Assembly: GCA_951406725.2 (NCBI GenBank)
Contig: OX597816.1
Coordinates: forward strand, 109,616,001 to 109,680,000
Source: Octopus vulgaris
Taxonomy: Eukaryota
Reading direction: 5' to 3'
Length of the DNA stretch: 64,000 nt
Shown: one piece after another, positions 1 to 13,755 of the stretch
Layout of the letters: each line of letters opens with the position of its first letter
Numbering within the stretch: the stretch's first letter is position 1
Made by a program: the position numbers and the translations under genes
Notes under the pieces: model-generated
Told to the model about the DNA's origin: nothing
Databases searched by the model: none
Seen by the model: the letters and a program-made list of their open reading frames with translations, nothing else

Positions 1-184
1 ATGAATATGTCTGTATATATATAGATGTGCTTATTCATTTTGGGATGGGAGTATAGGAATATACATTTGTATATATATATACGTATGTATGTATATATAT
101 ATATATGTATTTATATAATACATATATGTACATATATGTATATATGTGTATATATATATTATATATATATACGCATGTATATAC

Positions 185-222
<38 letters not shown>

Positions 223-283
223 TTATATGAATACATATATGTATATATGTGTATATATATATTATATATATATACGATGTATA

Positions 284-321
<38 letters not shown>

Positions 322-440
322 GTCGGTATTGTATATATTCTATATATTCTAATGCATGTAAATTCTATGACATTACATGCATGCACACAATACGCACGCG
401 TGCACACACACACACACGTGTGTGTGCGTGTATACATAGA
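1..440. repeat. Degenerate (TA)n/(TATG)n/(CA)n microsatellite block
   Basis: Visible dinucleotide runs; ORFs here translate to YI repeats. Similar blocks recur every 1-3 kb (e.g. 3061-3164, 12378-12462, 25656-25725, 60598-60676). Confidence 0.95.
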
Positions 441-1315
441 GTGATGAATGGGTTTTGTTATTTCATTTCTTTATCGATTTCTTCTTTTTCAGTTCGTTCT
501 TTAATCTAGAATACGAAATCAACGCGTTCATTTTCGGTGGCGGGGGTATATGCGCAATGATTTAAATTGCAGGGAAATCCATTTTGCCTCCAATCACTTT
601 CTTTTTGTTTTTTTCTTTGTCGTCTTTCTATTTCTGCTTTACATTTTTTTAGTTATATTTCCCCTCAGTTTTTAGCGTAATGATTATTTGTATTTCTTTA
701 ATTTTGCTGTTTTTAAATCCCTCAAGGAAATATACCCCGAAGATTAGCGTAAAAATGTGTCCACATCTGTTCACCCATAGAATAAATATATTTGTCACAT
801 ACAGAAACTTTCATATGATATAGACAAAATACACAAATAAACGTAAATATACGCACACAATTGTAAATCACATACGCGTATGGATATGATTATACATTTG
901 GCTTGAATGCAATTGTAAGATTCGCCTATAGGGAACAGATGAATAAGCTGCTACGGGTATAACATGAAGTTGTAATTGACACAATATGCATAATGAAGAT
1001 GATGCTCCAAAAAGAATTATCTAGCTTACTGAGAGAGAGTAAGGGAAAGATAGAGAGCATGGTGTATGGTAAAAGAAAATATATAAATGATATATGAATA
1101 TGCATTTAGTTGCTACGTGTCTCTTTATTGTGTATGTATGCATCTATTTGTTTGTTTATGTGTGTGTGAGTGTGCTTTCATAGTGTTTTTTGGGAATGTG
1201 TTTGTGGGCGTGTTTAGTTTCAGCAGGATTTGTTGTTGTTGGTAACTATAAAGATTTAGAAGCTCTAACACCCACATATTCAACGTAAATACTAATAAAC
1301 GAAACTATGATTATT

Positions 1316-1382
<67 letters not shown>

Positions 1383-1479
1383 GTAGAAAAATACAACATG
1401 GACAAGAACGTATAATAGAAGACGATATATATATATATAAAGAAGAGGTTTATTCCCACGAAGAAAAAATATGTATGGC

Positions 1480-1510
<31 letters not shown>

Positions 1511-1526
1511 ATATCTGTATGTATAT

Positions 1527-1567
<41 letters not shown>

Positions 1568-3054
1568 AACACACACAACCACACACACACACACACACAC
1601 ACCTATATATATACATTTTTACATTTAGAAAATTAATGGTGTAGCCAAATATACACTTGCAAACAGCATACGAATAGAAATATTCGCATATGTATACACA
1701 TTTACACACATATACAGACACACAAACACACTCACACACACGCACGCACACACACAAACATACAGATATACTTGTGTATGATGGATATATACTTATTAAC
1801 AAAACTATACATACAGCGTGCATACATATGCCCATCCACGGATATATGTATGTGTATATATGTGTGATTGTGCTTACGTGAGAGTTATATATATATATAT
1901 ATATAACTCTATTTAGCTTTCATTTCTCTCTCTCTCTCTCTTTCTCGCTCTTAGATATCCCCCTTGTATCCTCCTATTTGCCTGATCTAGTGCTTTCATA
2001 ACGTATCTCAATGAAAAACCATTTTTATTTCATTTTTAGACTATAAAATTATATAGATGTAGTTCAACTAAAACGCACTTAAAAATACATAGGAGAGAAG
2101 ATGTGCATACTAAATAAATATATCCTTATCTCTTTGTCTCTATCTGCAAGTGTATGATTTATGTTTGTCATGGCCGGGGGGTAAAAAAAAGATAAATAAT
2201 TAAACATACATTCATCCACTTCAGTGCTGTGCAAAGAAACGGCTTGATAGGAAAAAAAAAATTATTGAATTTATGCACGCATCATACAAGGTAAGGTCCG
2301 GGCAAATAATATACAGTGTAGGTTTAGAGAGATGAAATAAGCTTCCATGAATTTAACAATGAAAATGTGAATAAAACATAATAATTATACGGAAAAATAT
2401 TTGCCCTTTCACGAGCGCGTTTCTACGATGTTTTATTAAGGTAAGCGATCAATGAAATATTATAAATTCAACTTTCATACGTGTATCATATTAAATGCTA
2501 AATTTTGCCTTAGCTACATTAGAATTGAATAAAAAAAAAACAATATTTAATCACACTAGCCGTAAGATGCATGTCTTGGTAGCATACACCATGCATTCGC
2601 AAGTTCTCATTTATACATATCTATGTAGTTGTGAGCAGACATCTCGGCTTACCTACCTTTAACTCGGCGAAATATTTAGTATGTAACAGCTGGAACGAGA
2701 GAAGGTTTTAACCACCATTGGGCCGGTAAGAATTTTTGATTTTTGACTGAATAGTCTGGGCAGCAACAAATGCTGTCCTTTGCTCAGTAACATAATTCAC
2801 AACGTGCTACCCGGTCAGGGAACCGAATCCCAAAGATATAATCGTGTTTATAACGCACTGTTCACCAGATCATATGTAGAATATGTTTTTTTTTATATGT
2901 TTAGGCTATGTTGTTGGTTGAGGTGGCTCCTTTTATACTTTTATCGGTATACTTTTTCATCTTTTAAGTTGCGTTAATTTCCAATTGTAATACAAATAAA
3001 ACAAACCAAGCATCTTTTCAATTTTTCTTCTCCGTTTTCTTTTATTGATTTTAA

Positions 3055-3169
<115 letters not shown>

Positions 3170-3419
3170 TTGTACTCTAAAACCCAAGGTATTATCTGTC
3201 TATTTGAATCATTGAAAGATATCCGGAAAGCTTTGATTACAAGAGACTACGCCACGGAAGTTATCCAATTGTCAGATTCTGGTGCTAAACTGGGCGACAT
3301 TTTAAATCAACGACCGAATTTATCTATGGCATGACTGGGGCTCACAAAGTACCGGGACAAATACCACAAGGCACCCACCCGTACAACGATCTTTGTAGCA
3401 CCATAAGTTCAAACACTGT

Positions 3420-3530
3420 ACCTTCGATTACAATTACTTTTATCGATTTCAAGAGATGAAACGCTAAGTTGACCACAGCAGAATTTGAACTTATGCTGCA
3501 GAAATTCAGGTCACACACGGCAAAGCAATC
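3420..3530 (-). mobile_element. Decayed fragment of the SINE family seen at 45645-45875
   Basis: ttttatcgatttcaagagatgaaacgctaagttgaccacagcagaatttgaact resembles the reverse complement of agttcaaattttgccgaggtcgactttgcctttc...gtcgataaa. Confidence 0.5.
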
Positions 3531-3840
3531 AAGCCAAAATACTCACAGTTATGCTAATTTGACGCGTAGGCTGCGGGAAAAAATCCCCAATAAATAGGAT
3601 GCCAGTGTGTTGTAAACTATACTCATGAGGTTCAGCAGTCTGAGTCTTAATTGCATGCGTTTCTCTCGGAGACAATGTCACGCTGTGTCTCTGAATCGCA
3701 CCCGTGACCTCATTGCTAAGGGTTGAACATACACTACTGAAACACACGTACACACGGGCTCTCACACACACATATATATCAACATATATGTATGTTTGTA
3801 TGTGTATATGTATATATATACATATATATATGTGTGTGTG

Positions 3841-3877
<37 letters not shown>

Positions 3878-3880
3878 TTA

Positions 3881-3985
3881 CTGGAGTAAGCACATAAATG
3901 TGAAACAAGGTGGAAAAAAGAGTACTCAAATACCAGAAGTAGAGTAATATGCTTTATTTAAAAGCAGCAGAAATATAACAAAAGC
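3881..3985 (-). repeat. Solo 3' tail of the hammerhead-bearing Penelope-associated repeat, inside a (TA)n block
   Basis: Reverse complement (ataaagcatattactctacttctggtatttgagtactcttttttccaccttgtttcacatttatgtg) aligns by eye with 19575-19678. Confidence 0.7.
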
Positions 3986-4454
3986 ACCGTACCGATTAGG
4001 TAATATTTAAGGGATGAGGAAATATATATATATATATTTATAGATATATACAAGAAGATATATATATTCATATATATATATATATATATCTAAGTTATCT
4101 AAGGTATTATATGCATAGATACACACACACATACACATATATGTGTGCGTGCGTGTATGTCCTTATGTGCAGTGGGTGTGAGTAATATCTTGGGAAATAT
4201 CATTCTTGAAAATACATCATTTGCAAATATATAGATAAAAGCAACGAAAACATTAGCAAGAAAAACGTAACGAACACAGACAAAATAGAAAACAGATGCA
4301 TAGAAGAAAATGAAAGGTATGTCATCAAAATAGCTTTCTCTGCTTGCAATTTCGCACACCTCATATCTTGCGTGTCGCATACTATATATTCCATGATATA
4401 ATTTTTTTCCTTTTCTAATTGTACTTACATATCAGCTGCCTGATATCTCATTTG

Positions 4455-5130
4455 CCATCGTCATCATCGTCATTATTATTGTAAATATATATATATATAT
4501 CATCAGCGTTAATGTACATTTATAATTATTATCATCGTCACTATCATCATACACCTCCTGCCGCTCATCATCGTCATCGTCATCGACATTATCATCATCA
4601 TCATCATCATCATCACCATCATTATCATTAACCCCCGTCACCACCACCGCCACCAACCCCAACACCACGATCATCATCAGCATGTTCATGATCATGATCA
4701 TGATCACCATCATAATCCTCATCGTCCACCTCCTTCTTTTTCTCCGCCATCTCATCATTTTCTCCACCACAGTAATTTTTCATTTATCTTCCCCATCTAC
4801 GTCAGATTTTCATCTTACCACTCTTCGTCGTTCTCTTTCTCCTCCTTATCAGCATCATTGTCTTTGTGGTTTCAAGCCTAATTGTCATCGTCGTAATTTA
4901 TCATCCCGAATAATAGCAGGAACATTACCAGCAGCAGCTACACGTCGATGACGATGACAACGACGACGATGACGACCACCAACACACAACCGACAACAAC
5001 AACAACAACAACAACAACAACAGTCACTGTAACAGCTTAATGTTATGCTATCTCCAGCATCATACATAACATCCTCGTCTATAGCATCCATTCTCATTAC
5101 GGTGCTTACATCATCATGATGATGATAGTT
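4455..5130. repeat. Degenerate trinucleotide low-complexity tract (ATC/ACC/AAC)n
   Basis: catcatcat, accaccacc and caacaacaa runs; similar tracts at 35390-35960 and 54320-54850. Confidence 0.85.
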
Positions 5131-7457
5131 ACTATCCTTACCAGTTGTTACATGAACAGAAGCGTAGTAATTTTCCCACTGCAACACTGTATTTTGAGAC
5201 AAAGGCTAAAACTCTTCTGGTTGAAACAAACTAAATAATTTATATGGAAATGTAAAAATATTGAAATATTGGAATAGGCTGTTTGTTGCCTTCAGGCATA
5301 TACTAATATTCACTTGAAGCATGGATGTATTGGAAATACTCCAAGCATTATATTTTACTATATTTCTGCAATAATACACGGCAATGTTACACTAGATTAA
5401 ACTTTAGAGAATATTATAATATGCTGACTTATTGCTTTGCAATCGTAGCGTTCCAGATTCGATTTCAAGGTGGAAGTGAACCAAACCTTCGTCGGAATGG
5501 AGTTTACCTTTAAAATACAGCCAATGATGTATGATGTGATTTTAGGGTGATTTGGCTGTTATAACATGCAAGTCAAAAATCTAAGATGGGGCTTGCACAT
5601 TGGAACGATTAAATTTTAGTCAGATATTAAGGTCTACATCATCTTTTGTTCATATCGCATCCGGAATGAATGAATTTGTTATATATCTTAAAGCATTATA
5701 TTCTACGGGAACAAACGAGATAGACTATATACGATAGCTAGACCTGCTTAAAATAACAAATAAATCTTCCTCAGAACACATGTTATTATCTTAGAAAGAG
5801 GAGTCACCAAATGTGAGGAAACCTCGCTCAACAAAGACAGGATGTTCACAATTGAAATGATATTTCATTATAGATCTCCATCACCAAATCTAACCTGCTG
5901 TTAATGATTACATAATTACGATATATTACATTACGACCCTTGGCCTTCAAGTAATTTAACATACACTACCTCATTTCTACTCCATGCTTAAGACACAGTG
6001 TCTTCAGTGTCAGATCGATCGGGGAAAATTGCAGAAACAATATAATCATATTATGATTGCAAACACTGTTTACCTGTCAAATTTGATATATATACATATT
6101 TATGCATAAAGACAGACGCTCCTAAACACCCTCATACACGCTGACACGCACACTCTCTCATACACGCTGACACACACACACACACATACACACACATGTG
6201 CATATGTATTTTTATATACATAAATAACCATACACATACGTACACATCGCTATTTGTAAGGGTGGCATCTTACGCCAAAAAGTTAACCTATACTTTTGAA
6301 TAACAGGGAACAATAAACTAAGTACGAGACTGAAATAAGTGATAGCTGTGGTACAAGTGGTTAAAAAGTGATAAACACTGTATCACTGCATGGTTACAGT
6401 CTTATGTTTATGAAGCTATTAGACAAGTAACATGTAAAATATTGCATGTGAATATCTAATGCACATACACAGAAAATAAACTTATGTACTGAATTCTTTA
6501 TTAGACAATATTCCAATTGGTGCTATTAGCTCTAAGCATAAGATAAAACACTATACATAAGATATAGAATACCTTAAGTTATTATGTTATAAAATTAGAC
6601 TGACTGACATATATCTTCGTCAAAATTAACACTGGCCACATCTAATTTAATAGAATCACGTGACAGAATCTACTGAGTCAGTTTAAAGATGAAGTTTGTG
6701 GTATTAGAAACCATTTAAGACAGGAATCGTTTCTAGCTGAGATATATCCGGGTCTTTCTCTGGTATTTTGATTTGGGATAATATTAAACAGTGTAGGGCC
6801 TATCGAGGCAAACTAATTGTGTTGCAATGTGGTTATGTGTTGTGAGATTGATGAGTGTAGAGGGAGTATGGTAAAGGTCTCCAAAGTATGGAATATCTAC
6901 AACTACATAACTCATGTGAAAGTCGTTTTAGAAATGCTGATGGAATATTTAAACATTGTGCAAAAAAAAAATGTGGAGTTCACATTGACGTGTACAGTGC
7001 ACTGATTTATTTTTCTCTTTTTTGTAATTACTTTCCGGTTGCCTTAATTCTCATGATGCTTTATTTGGTATGGAGAGACCACAGTGGGTAGCGGTATTTT
7101 CGGGGGAACTAGACAAAGGAAGAGAAGAGAAGGTGGATGATGATATCTGGCTCTTTGGAATGGAATGCTCCGAGGGTTCAGGAACACATCTTGCTAGCCA
7201 TTATTGATGTAAGATTTCCAGCTAATTTTGTTGCCAATAATTACCTTTAAATCTCCGATATTGTTGAGTACATAAATTGTTCTTCTGATAGATGACAATA
7301 TGACTGCGCACATTCACTTTTGTAAAATGAATTGGTTCAAATTTTCTCTCATTAAGAAGCATGTTATTTCTATCTGCCTAATATCTTAAATCTCAGAGAT
7401 CAGACTACAGAATTGTTCAGTTTCCCCTACTGTTAGGTTTTTGAAGCTTGAAATCAT

Positions 7458-7660
7458 GCGAGGGGGTGCTGAAAAGATCGTGGTTTGGGTAAAAGAAAAT
7501 ACAAGATCAGTTAATTATGATTTTATTTAACATATTCTTGTTAAATATTCCCACACTTACTGCAGCGGCACTTCCGTTTTTCTAAGCCCTATAGAAGACC
7601 TCAGAAGTTTGGGCCTTTCGCTATACCCTTAAAGCCAGGCACATTTTAACATCCTCTTAT
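7458..7660. mobile_element. Mariner-derived MITE, decayed
   Basis: Left end cgagggggtgctgaaaag(a)tc(g)tgg and right end aagccaggcacattttaacatcctcttat form degenerate inverted termini of Tc1/mariner type (tacgaggg...). Confidence 0.55.
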
Positions 7661-7904
7661 ACGAACACATCTATTTTACTGCGCTTCATGACCTTTTAAA
7701 TGTCATTGGATTACCCTCTGAAGAAAGAAGCTTTAACCTAGTCCGTTTGGGAATTGTGTAGTAGGTACTGGGGCATTTTGCTAGGATAGAATGGATTCGA
7801 TCAATCACAAAATGGGATTTGTTCTTTAGAATATCTTGATCAAGTTCAGCAGTTTTCCACGGAATCTAATGTTGAACAGTTTTAACTATAGAACGTTGTG
7901 GTCG

Positions 7905-7946
7905 AATTGTTACTCAGAGTTTCACCTGTCATTCGTCGGATAGTTT
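7905..7946 (-). ncRNA. Minimal type-I hammerhead-like motif, degenerate (CCGACGA core)
   Basis: Minus strand: aactat-CCGACGA-atgacaggt-GAAAC-tctga-GTA-acaatt. Stem III ACTC/GAGT is near-palindromic; stems I and II have mismatches. Confidence 0.5.
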
Positions 7947-8439
7947 TGGCTGAAAATTGAACAAAAAAAATAACGTTATATTTATAAATATACAATTTAC
8001 ATTGACAGGTACACATTTGAAATTAATTTCGTTTCATTGGTCCTATCAACAAACGGTCTTTTTAAGAACCGATGATATACATAAAATTAAAATTGCGATT
8101 TAAACATCATATTATGTAAAATCGAAGAAAGCCTTAAATCAAAATTAACTTTAGTTAAATGAAAAAAACATGCATTCTCAGAGTAAATTAATTAATGGTA
8201 AAATATATTTAATTAAAAAATGTAAGTCTGTTTATAACAGAATATTGGCTTACAGAAATAAACACAGGTGCAAACGTATGCAAAACATTGAGATATACAT
8301 TCACACACAAAAAATATATACATGCATATATACATTAAATATACAAATGTTGATACATGCATACATACATATATACAAACTTATACAGGCAAAGTATAAA
8401 AATGAATATATATATGCTAATGTATATATAGTAATCTAC

Positions 8440-8517
<78 letters not shown>

Positions 8518-8671
8518 GTGTGTACACATAATACGTATCCATGCGTATATTCTAAATGCACAACTTAGTTGTTGTAAGCCAGAAAAATAAAAATAAATAG
8601 AATCAGAAATAAGAAATGGTGAGAGAAAGAAAAAAGAAAGGGAAAGAGAAAAATAGTAAGAGAGAGAGAGT

Positions 8672-8719
<48 letters not shown>

Positions 8720-9319
8720 TCGGAAAAGTAGCGTTTCTCAAAAGTAAACAACTATTGTTAGATACATTAAAACTCATCTGTAAGCTTGCAAACGTACACG
8801 TAAAACCGTGCACATATAAAACTACATGCATACCCACATAAATACATACATATATAATAGAAACACACATGTGTATACGCATACAAATATACAAATTAAC
8901 ATATACGCGTATTTATCTACATACATATATACACATTAAGATATATATATATATATACACAATAACGTATTTACGCAAACGAATATATTAAAAACTGTCT
9001 TGTGTATTGAATAATAAAATATGAAAATGGTACAATAAATTAATGTAATATAATTAAGTGTAATTTAAATCTGAAAGATATAAATTTTAAAAATATGAAT
9101 TTAAAAATTTAAATATGAAAATGAGTAAAAATTTAACCTCAGTGAAATTTAAATTATAATTTGTAAACAGTTGAAGGTTTTCTTTAAAGTTGAAAAATGT
9201 AAAATGTTAAATGTAAAGGCAAAAAATGTACCAGAATTGTAATATTAAATGATGTCTGTATTACGGTGCAAAGACGAAATTCAAATGCGAAAGCTAAAAA
9301 TTATCGGTACGGTATGTTT

Positions 9320-10200
9320 TCACTTGGCATTTTACACATCGTAGCGTGTCGGCAGGTATTTAAAAGCTCCCCTCTTTTGGTTCAGTGCGTATTTATCCTG
9401 GAGCAGCATGAATAGTTTTTCAGTAAGGTAAAAAATGCTTCTTATTGGGCGTCTATATGCTCCATGCTTGTATGGTGCAATTTTCGCCAAAATTGCCCAG
9501 GTTATTTTGAAAGGAGGTGCGTCATTTTCTTTCAACTGCCAGACATGTTTACCAAGACTTGTTGCTGTCCTATTTTCGGGGTATTGAAATGAATTTCAGT
9601 GAGAATATAATCTAGTTTTGATGGAATTTTCCGAAGTTCCTGTATATGTTTTGTATCCTTGCGAGCCCTCTATTTGTACCTTGGCTCTATAGACTATTCC
9701 TTTCTCAAGACAATTTCCTCTAAGAGGACAGTAACTTTGATCTTTATAATTGTAATTGTTTTGGTTAATTTCAGAATTTTGGTTAGTTCTAATGGTTTTT
9801 GCGTTGTGCTGGTCAACTAAAGATGCGAAGCTCTTGCAACAAGTATAGCTAACCTTCAGCGTTCTATTTAAAATTCTATAGAACTTATGGCTTTCTCGAA
9901 AGTGTTGAGACACTAGTTCTAAGACTTCTCTACCTATATTTGTTTTTATGGCAATGTTAAATGTCGGACTAAACCACAAATCTGTCCTTGTCCTATTTCT
10001 ACGTGTTCTATAATTGTTAGTAGTAGTTTGAGTATACTGGATGGTCTTCGAGAATTCATTGTTCCTTAATGTATTGCTATAATACGGCGCGGCATTTTGA
10101 AGCACTGTCTCCTCTGAAGATATGGATGGTATGCACCTTTCTATATTGTTAACTAGACTTTTAAGAATTACGGATGGATGATTTGGTGATTTACTCCGTT
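9320..10200 (-). mobile_element. Penelope-like element, 3' part (RT C-terminus, linker, GIY-YIG endonuclease), disrupted
   Basis: ORFs 9596-10105 and 9332-9535: WFSPTFN, IGREVLELVSQHF, LKVSYTCC, CPLRGNCLEKGIVYRAKV...YTGTSENSIKTRLYSH, ITWAIL, all typical of Penelope-clade GIY-YIG regions; stops and frameshifts present. Confidence 0.9.
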
Positions 10201-10550
10201 ATTTAACAGCAAGAAACCTTTTGCAGCCTGCTACAAAATAATGTTCAGTTTCGCTGCGAAGATGCCTGAAGACTGAACGTTATGGCGGCACACTACTTTG
10301 GGTCTTGAATTCATTAAAATAACTTAAGTGGGATAAAGAAAACCCGAGTAATATTGTTTCTGTTGGATCTCTACCATTTCTTTCATCATAATACAAAATG
10401 TTGCTTTTCTATTAAGCGAGTCAGTAGATAAAAGAACGGTCGGCAAATAAATAGGAGAAATAACAGAGAAAATATTAACCACAATAAGCAAAAAAATAAT
10501 AAATAAAAAAGACAAAACACACTCATATGCACAGACACACACACACACAG

Positions 10551-10596
<46 letters not shown>

Positions 10597-10865
10597 ACAT
10601 GTATGATATATGATGAAATGACATGAATAGTTAATTAATTCTTGAGCATCGTATTCCATTTGACTATGTAGTTTTCGAAGCTTGTATAGTTTTAAAATAT
10701 TGTTGCTCTTCAGAAAAAAGGTAATGATGTCACATACACAATTCACTTACCTGTAAATATGCGGCCCTTTTTTCTAACTCTGAAATGAATATAAACACGC
10801 ATTTATCCATGCGGTATTCATGCAAATCAGATTAATTTGATTTGTATATTTCAACTTCCATGGAG

Positions 10866-11050
10866 GTGTTTAAGAGTGCAGACTAATATATTCCATTACA
10901 CTAATTCTTTTCCTCGTTGACATGTTCTTTACTAAATGACCCCTCTCGGCAGTTTGAAATACATAATGCTTGTACGGTTTTTGTCACTATTAGTAAGATT
11001 AGAATGACGCAGTTGCTTTAAACACGGGTTGTATCAATTCACCAGATTTT
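10866..11050 (+). repeat. Local direct repeat, copy A (~185 bp, diverged)
   Basis: Colinear with 13756-13940: gactaatat, ctaaat.acccct, tttgaaa(a)tacataatgcttgt, gattagaa, gcagttgctttaa, ggttgta. Confidence 0.8.
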
Positions 11051-11356
11051 TATACATGGTCGTGTTCATTGTTTATTACACGCTAACAGAAAGTAAATAA
11101 TGCATTTTTGGTTTGAAAGTATGACTTTTAATACGTCACTAAATTTCTGTAATAATTTAAGTAGAAGTCACAGAACTGCTTCAAAGCCGATATAATATTA
11201 CACAATTGTTTACGAGATTTTCAGTGCCCCAGCTACTTCACTGTTTTGAAGAAAAATTCAACATAATCCAAGATATTTAGATTGAGAATATGCTACACTA
11301 CAATGATTTTGATGGGATGAATGAAAACTTAGTTTTCAATTAGAGGCATGAGGAGC

Positions 11357-11389
<33 letters not shown>

Positions 11390-12372
11390 CGTATGTATGG
11401 ATCTGTGTGCGTGTGTGTGTGCATGTGTTTGCGTCACTATTCAAAGAGTGCATTTAAAGGCCTAGTTTGGAAAAGCGAATTTATCGTTCATGAGTGCATT
11501 TATCAGTTCGTTTATTATTTAGAAAATGTATCTTTTAAATGGATATCCGATTTGCGAATAGGCTTCGGATTTTCCTTTAAAGACAGATATTACGTCAGAA
11601 ATGAAATATCAAGAACCTGTACAGTAACACGTTTCTAAATTAGTTTTATTGAAAAGTTAATAAGATGATTGATGATGATTCATACAAGCAGGGCAAACAC
11701 ATACATGAATATAAACGTAGAAACGTAGAAAGGCATAAACTCACTGACACACAGATAAACAGAGAAAAGCATCGGAACACATAACCAGATATGAATATTT
11801 ATAAACAAGCACAAATATAGCGTACGTGCCGGCACATTAACTTCAGCATTTGGCATCAGATAAATTCTGCTCGAACTCGTAGGTGGCAAGTACAATATAA
11901 ACAGCTAACAGTCAGAAAGTAAATTGCAGGTAATGTCAAGTAAGTTTATAAACAAGAAGTCAGCAATAAATCATGAAGATCAGGAATAGGTTTTAGAGTG
12001 TAGTACAACATGTGAATTTAGTAAGTTATTCATTTAAATGCAATGACTCCATTTGACATAGGCTTAGGAATATTCAAGTTATAACTGTGTTTTCTTGGCG
12101 ATTGACGGTTCCAAGAATTAAGCTGTGTAATAATATGGCTCAGTGACTACGTGTAAAGCACGAAGGAATTCGTTCCTGTAATACTGATAATCTTCAGTGT
12201 AGCTCTATATTAGTATAATGGAATGAAGATAGATCGCCTTATTACAATTAGTAGTAACACGTCACCCATTTCAGTTCTCATAAACATACACATATGCATG
12301 CATAAAGGTACACACGCGCATACATACATACACAAATACAAACATATATATACATGTGTATGTCTCTATATA

Positions 12373-12467
<95 letters not shown>

Positions 12468-12482
12468 ATATATATACATATA

Positions 12483-12777
12483 TAATAGCTATCGCCATAA
12501 TAGTATGGCATTCTTATAAAAATAAGAATAAAGCTGTCCGCTTATTAGCTCCATGAGGCCATCGCCTTAAGTTAGCTATTTGATACACAAACTGTATCCA
12601 TATAACCTTCGAACAAGGGAGGTCAGTCGCTCCACACTACTTGATCGACAGCTACAGACGCGTTTCGGCGTATTGCCCCTTTTCAATGTAGCGTAGTCAG
12701 ACCAGTAGGTGTCGCTTCCGACAATCCCTGTTCGAAGGTTTTATAAGAATGCCATATTAGTATGGCGATAACTATTA
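12483..12777. mobile_element. Fold-back element with 39-bp inverted termini and an internal hammerhead-like motif
   Basis: 12483-12521 taatagctatcgccataatagtatggcattcttataaaa matches the reverse complement of 12739-12777 with 3 mismatches; inner inverted pair aaccttcgaaca(a)ggga / tccctgttcgaaggtt; abuts a (TA)n array. Confidence 0.8.
12651..12692 (-). ncRNA. Minimal type-I hammerhead-like motif with mutated core
   Basis: Minus strand: GCTACA-TTGAAAA-g-gggcaatacgcc-GAAACGCGTC-TGTAGC. Perfect 6-bp stem I, GGC/GCC stem II, palindromic ACGCGT stem III, GUC triplet; core differs from CUGANGA at two positions. Confidence 0.6.
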
Positions 12778-13147
12778 ATTTCCAGGAACGCTGCCGTGTT
12801 CTCTTTTAGAGAGACTTAGTAATTTTAATATTTCTATACATATATATGTGGTTGATAAATATCAACCACAACTTAATAAATCTCACTACTAACCTTACTA
12901 ATATCAATAATCCCATTAATCCTCATATATCCCATATACCATTCATATTCTATTAATAATATCTATCTTAGTTGCATCACTTTTAGAACTGCTTACATTC
13001 CTTGCATGCAATGGTTTCCCTCAGATACTATTTGACACAATACCGTTTCAAAATGGTTGTTGATTCAAGTTTCTTTTTATTTTTCTCCTATTTATACAAC
13101 ATGTAGTCTTATTACTTTGAAACCTATATATATATATATATACGCGT

Positions 13148-13178
<31 letters not shown>

Positions 13179-13208
13179 GAGATATATAAATATATTTCCA
13201 CTGCCATC

Positions 13209-13243
<35 letters not shown>

Positions 13244-13297
13244 TCCAGTATTCGTTCTTTTTTACCCGTTCATATGTCTGTGAGTATGTACATATGT

Positions 13298-13352
13298 TTA
13301 AAGGTAGTGCTCCAGCATGGTCACGGTCAAATGACGGAAACAAGTAAAAGAA
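13298..13352 (-). repeat. Fragment of the dispersed repeat seen at 63800-63852
   Basis: taaaggtagtgctccagcatggtcacggtcaaatgacggaaacaagtaaa approximates the reverse complement of tttacttgtttcagtcatttgactgtagccatgctggagcaccgccttta. Confidence 0.75.
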
Positions 13353-13755
13353 TGAAAGAATATAGACACACACATATACACGTATATGTTCATAGAGATA
13401 CAATTGAAATTCAGTGGCATAATAACTTACCCACACGCAAAACGCATACACCTACACATCGTTGCATATCCAACACGCGCGCACAGGCGCATATACACCT
13501 CACTTCCTACTCTAACCTTCTCCGCATTTCACTGTAGCATATGCATGCAAGGTAAGTAAGCACTATTCGCTCTTTCTTACCCTTTCAGAGCTCTCCATTT
13601 CTAAGAAAAAGTTTAGCTCATCCTTAACTTCCAATCTAACACCAGCTGTGTTAGAAATTATATTTTAAGTTGCTCATGCATATACAACGCACAACGCAAT
13701 GGTATGCACACACTATACACATATATGCACAAACATATTTCGTCTTTCATGCAGA

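Noticed and set aside
25-509. Many 60-170 aa ORFs rich in YI, CV, HT, LSIY or poly-I, here and throughout
   Set aside because: Stop-free translations of (TA)n, (TG)n, (TCTA)n and (AAT)n arrays, not genes.
4234-4317. Purine-rich open stretch (DKSNENISKK...EENE) ending at AG|gtatgt
   Set aside because: No pyrimidine tract at the acceptor; purine-rich low-complexity tracts are often open by chance.
10239-10284. Hairpin containing ctgaaga and gtttc
   Set aside because: Core and GAAAC lie on opposite strands; a simple inverted repeat, not a hammerhead.
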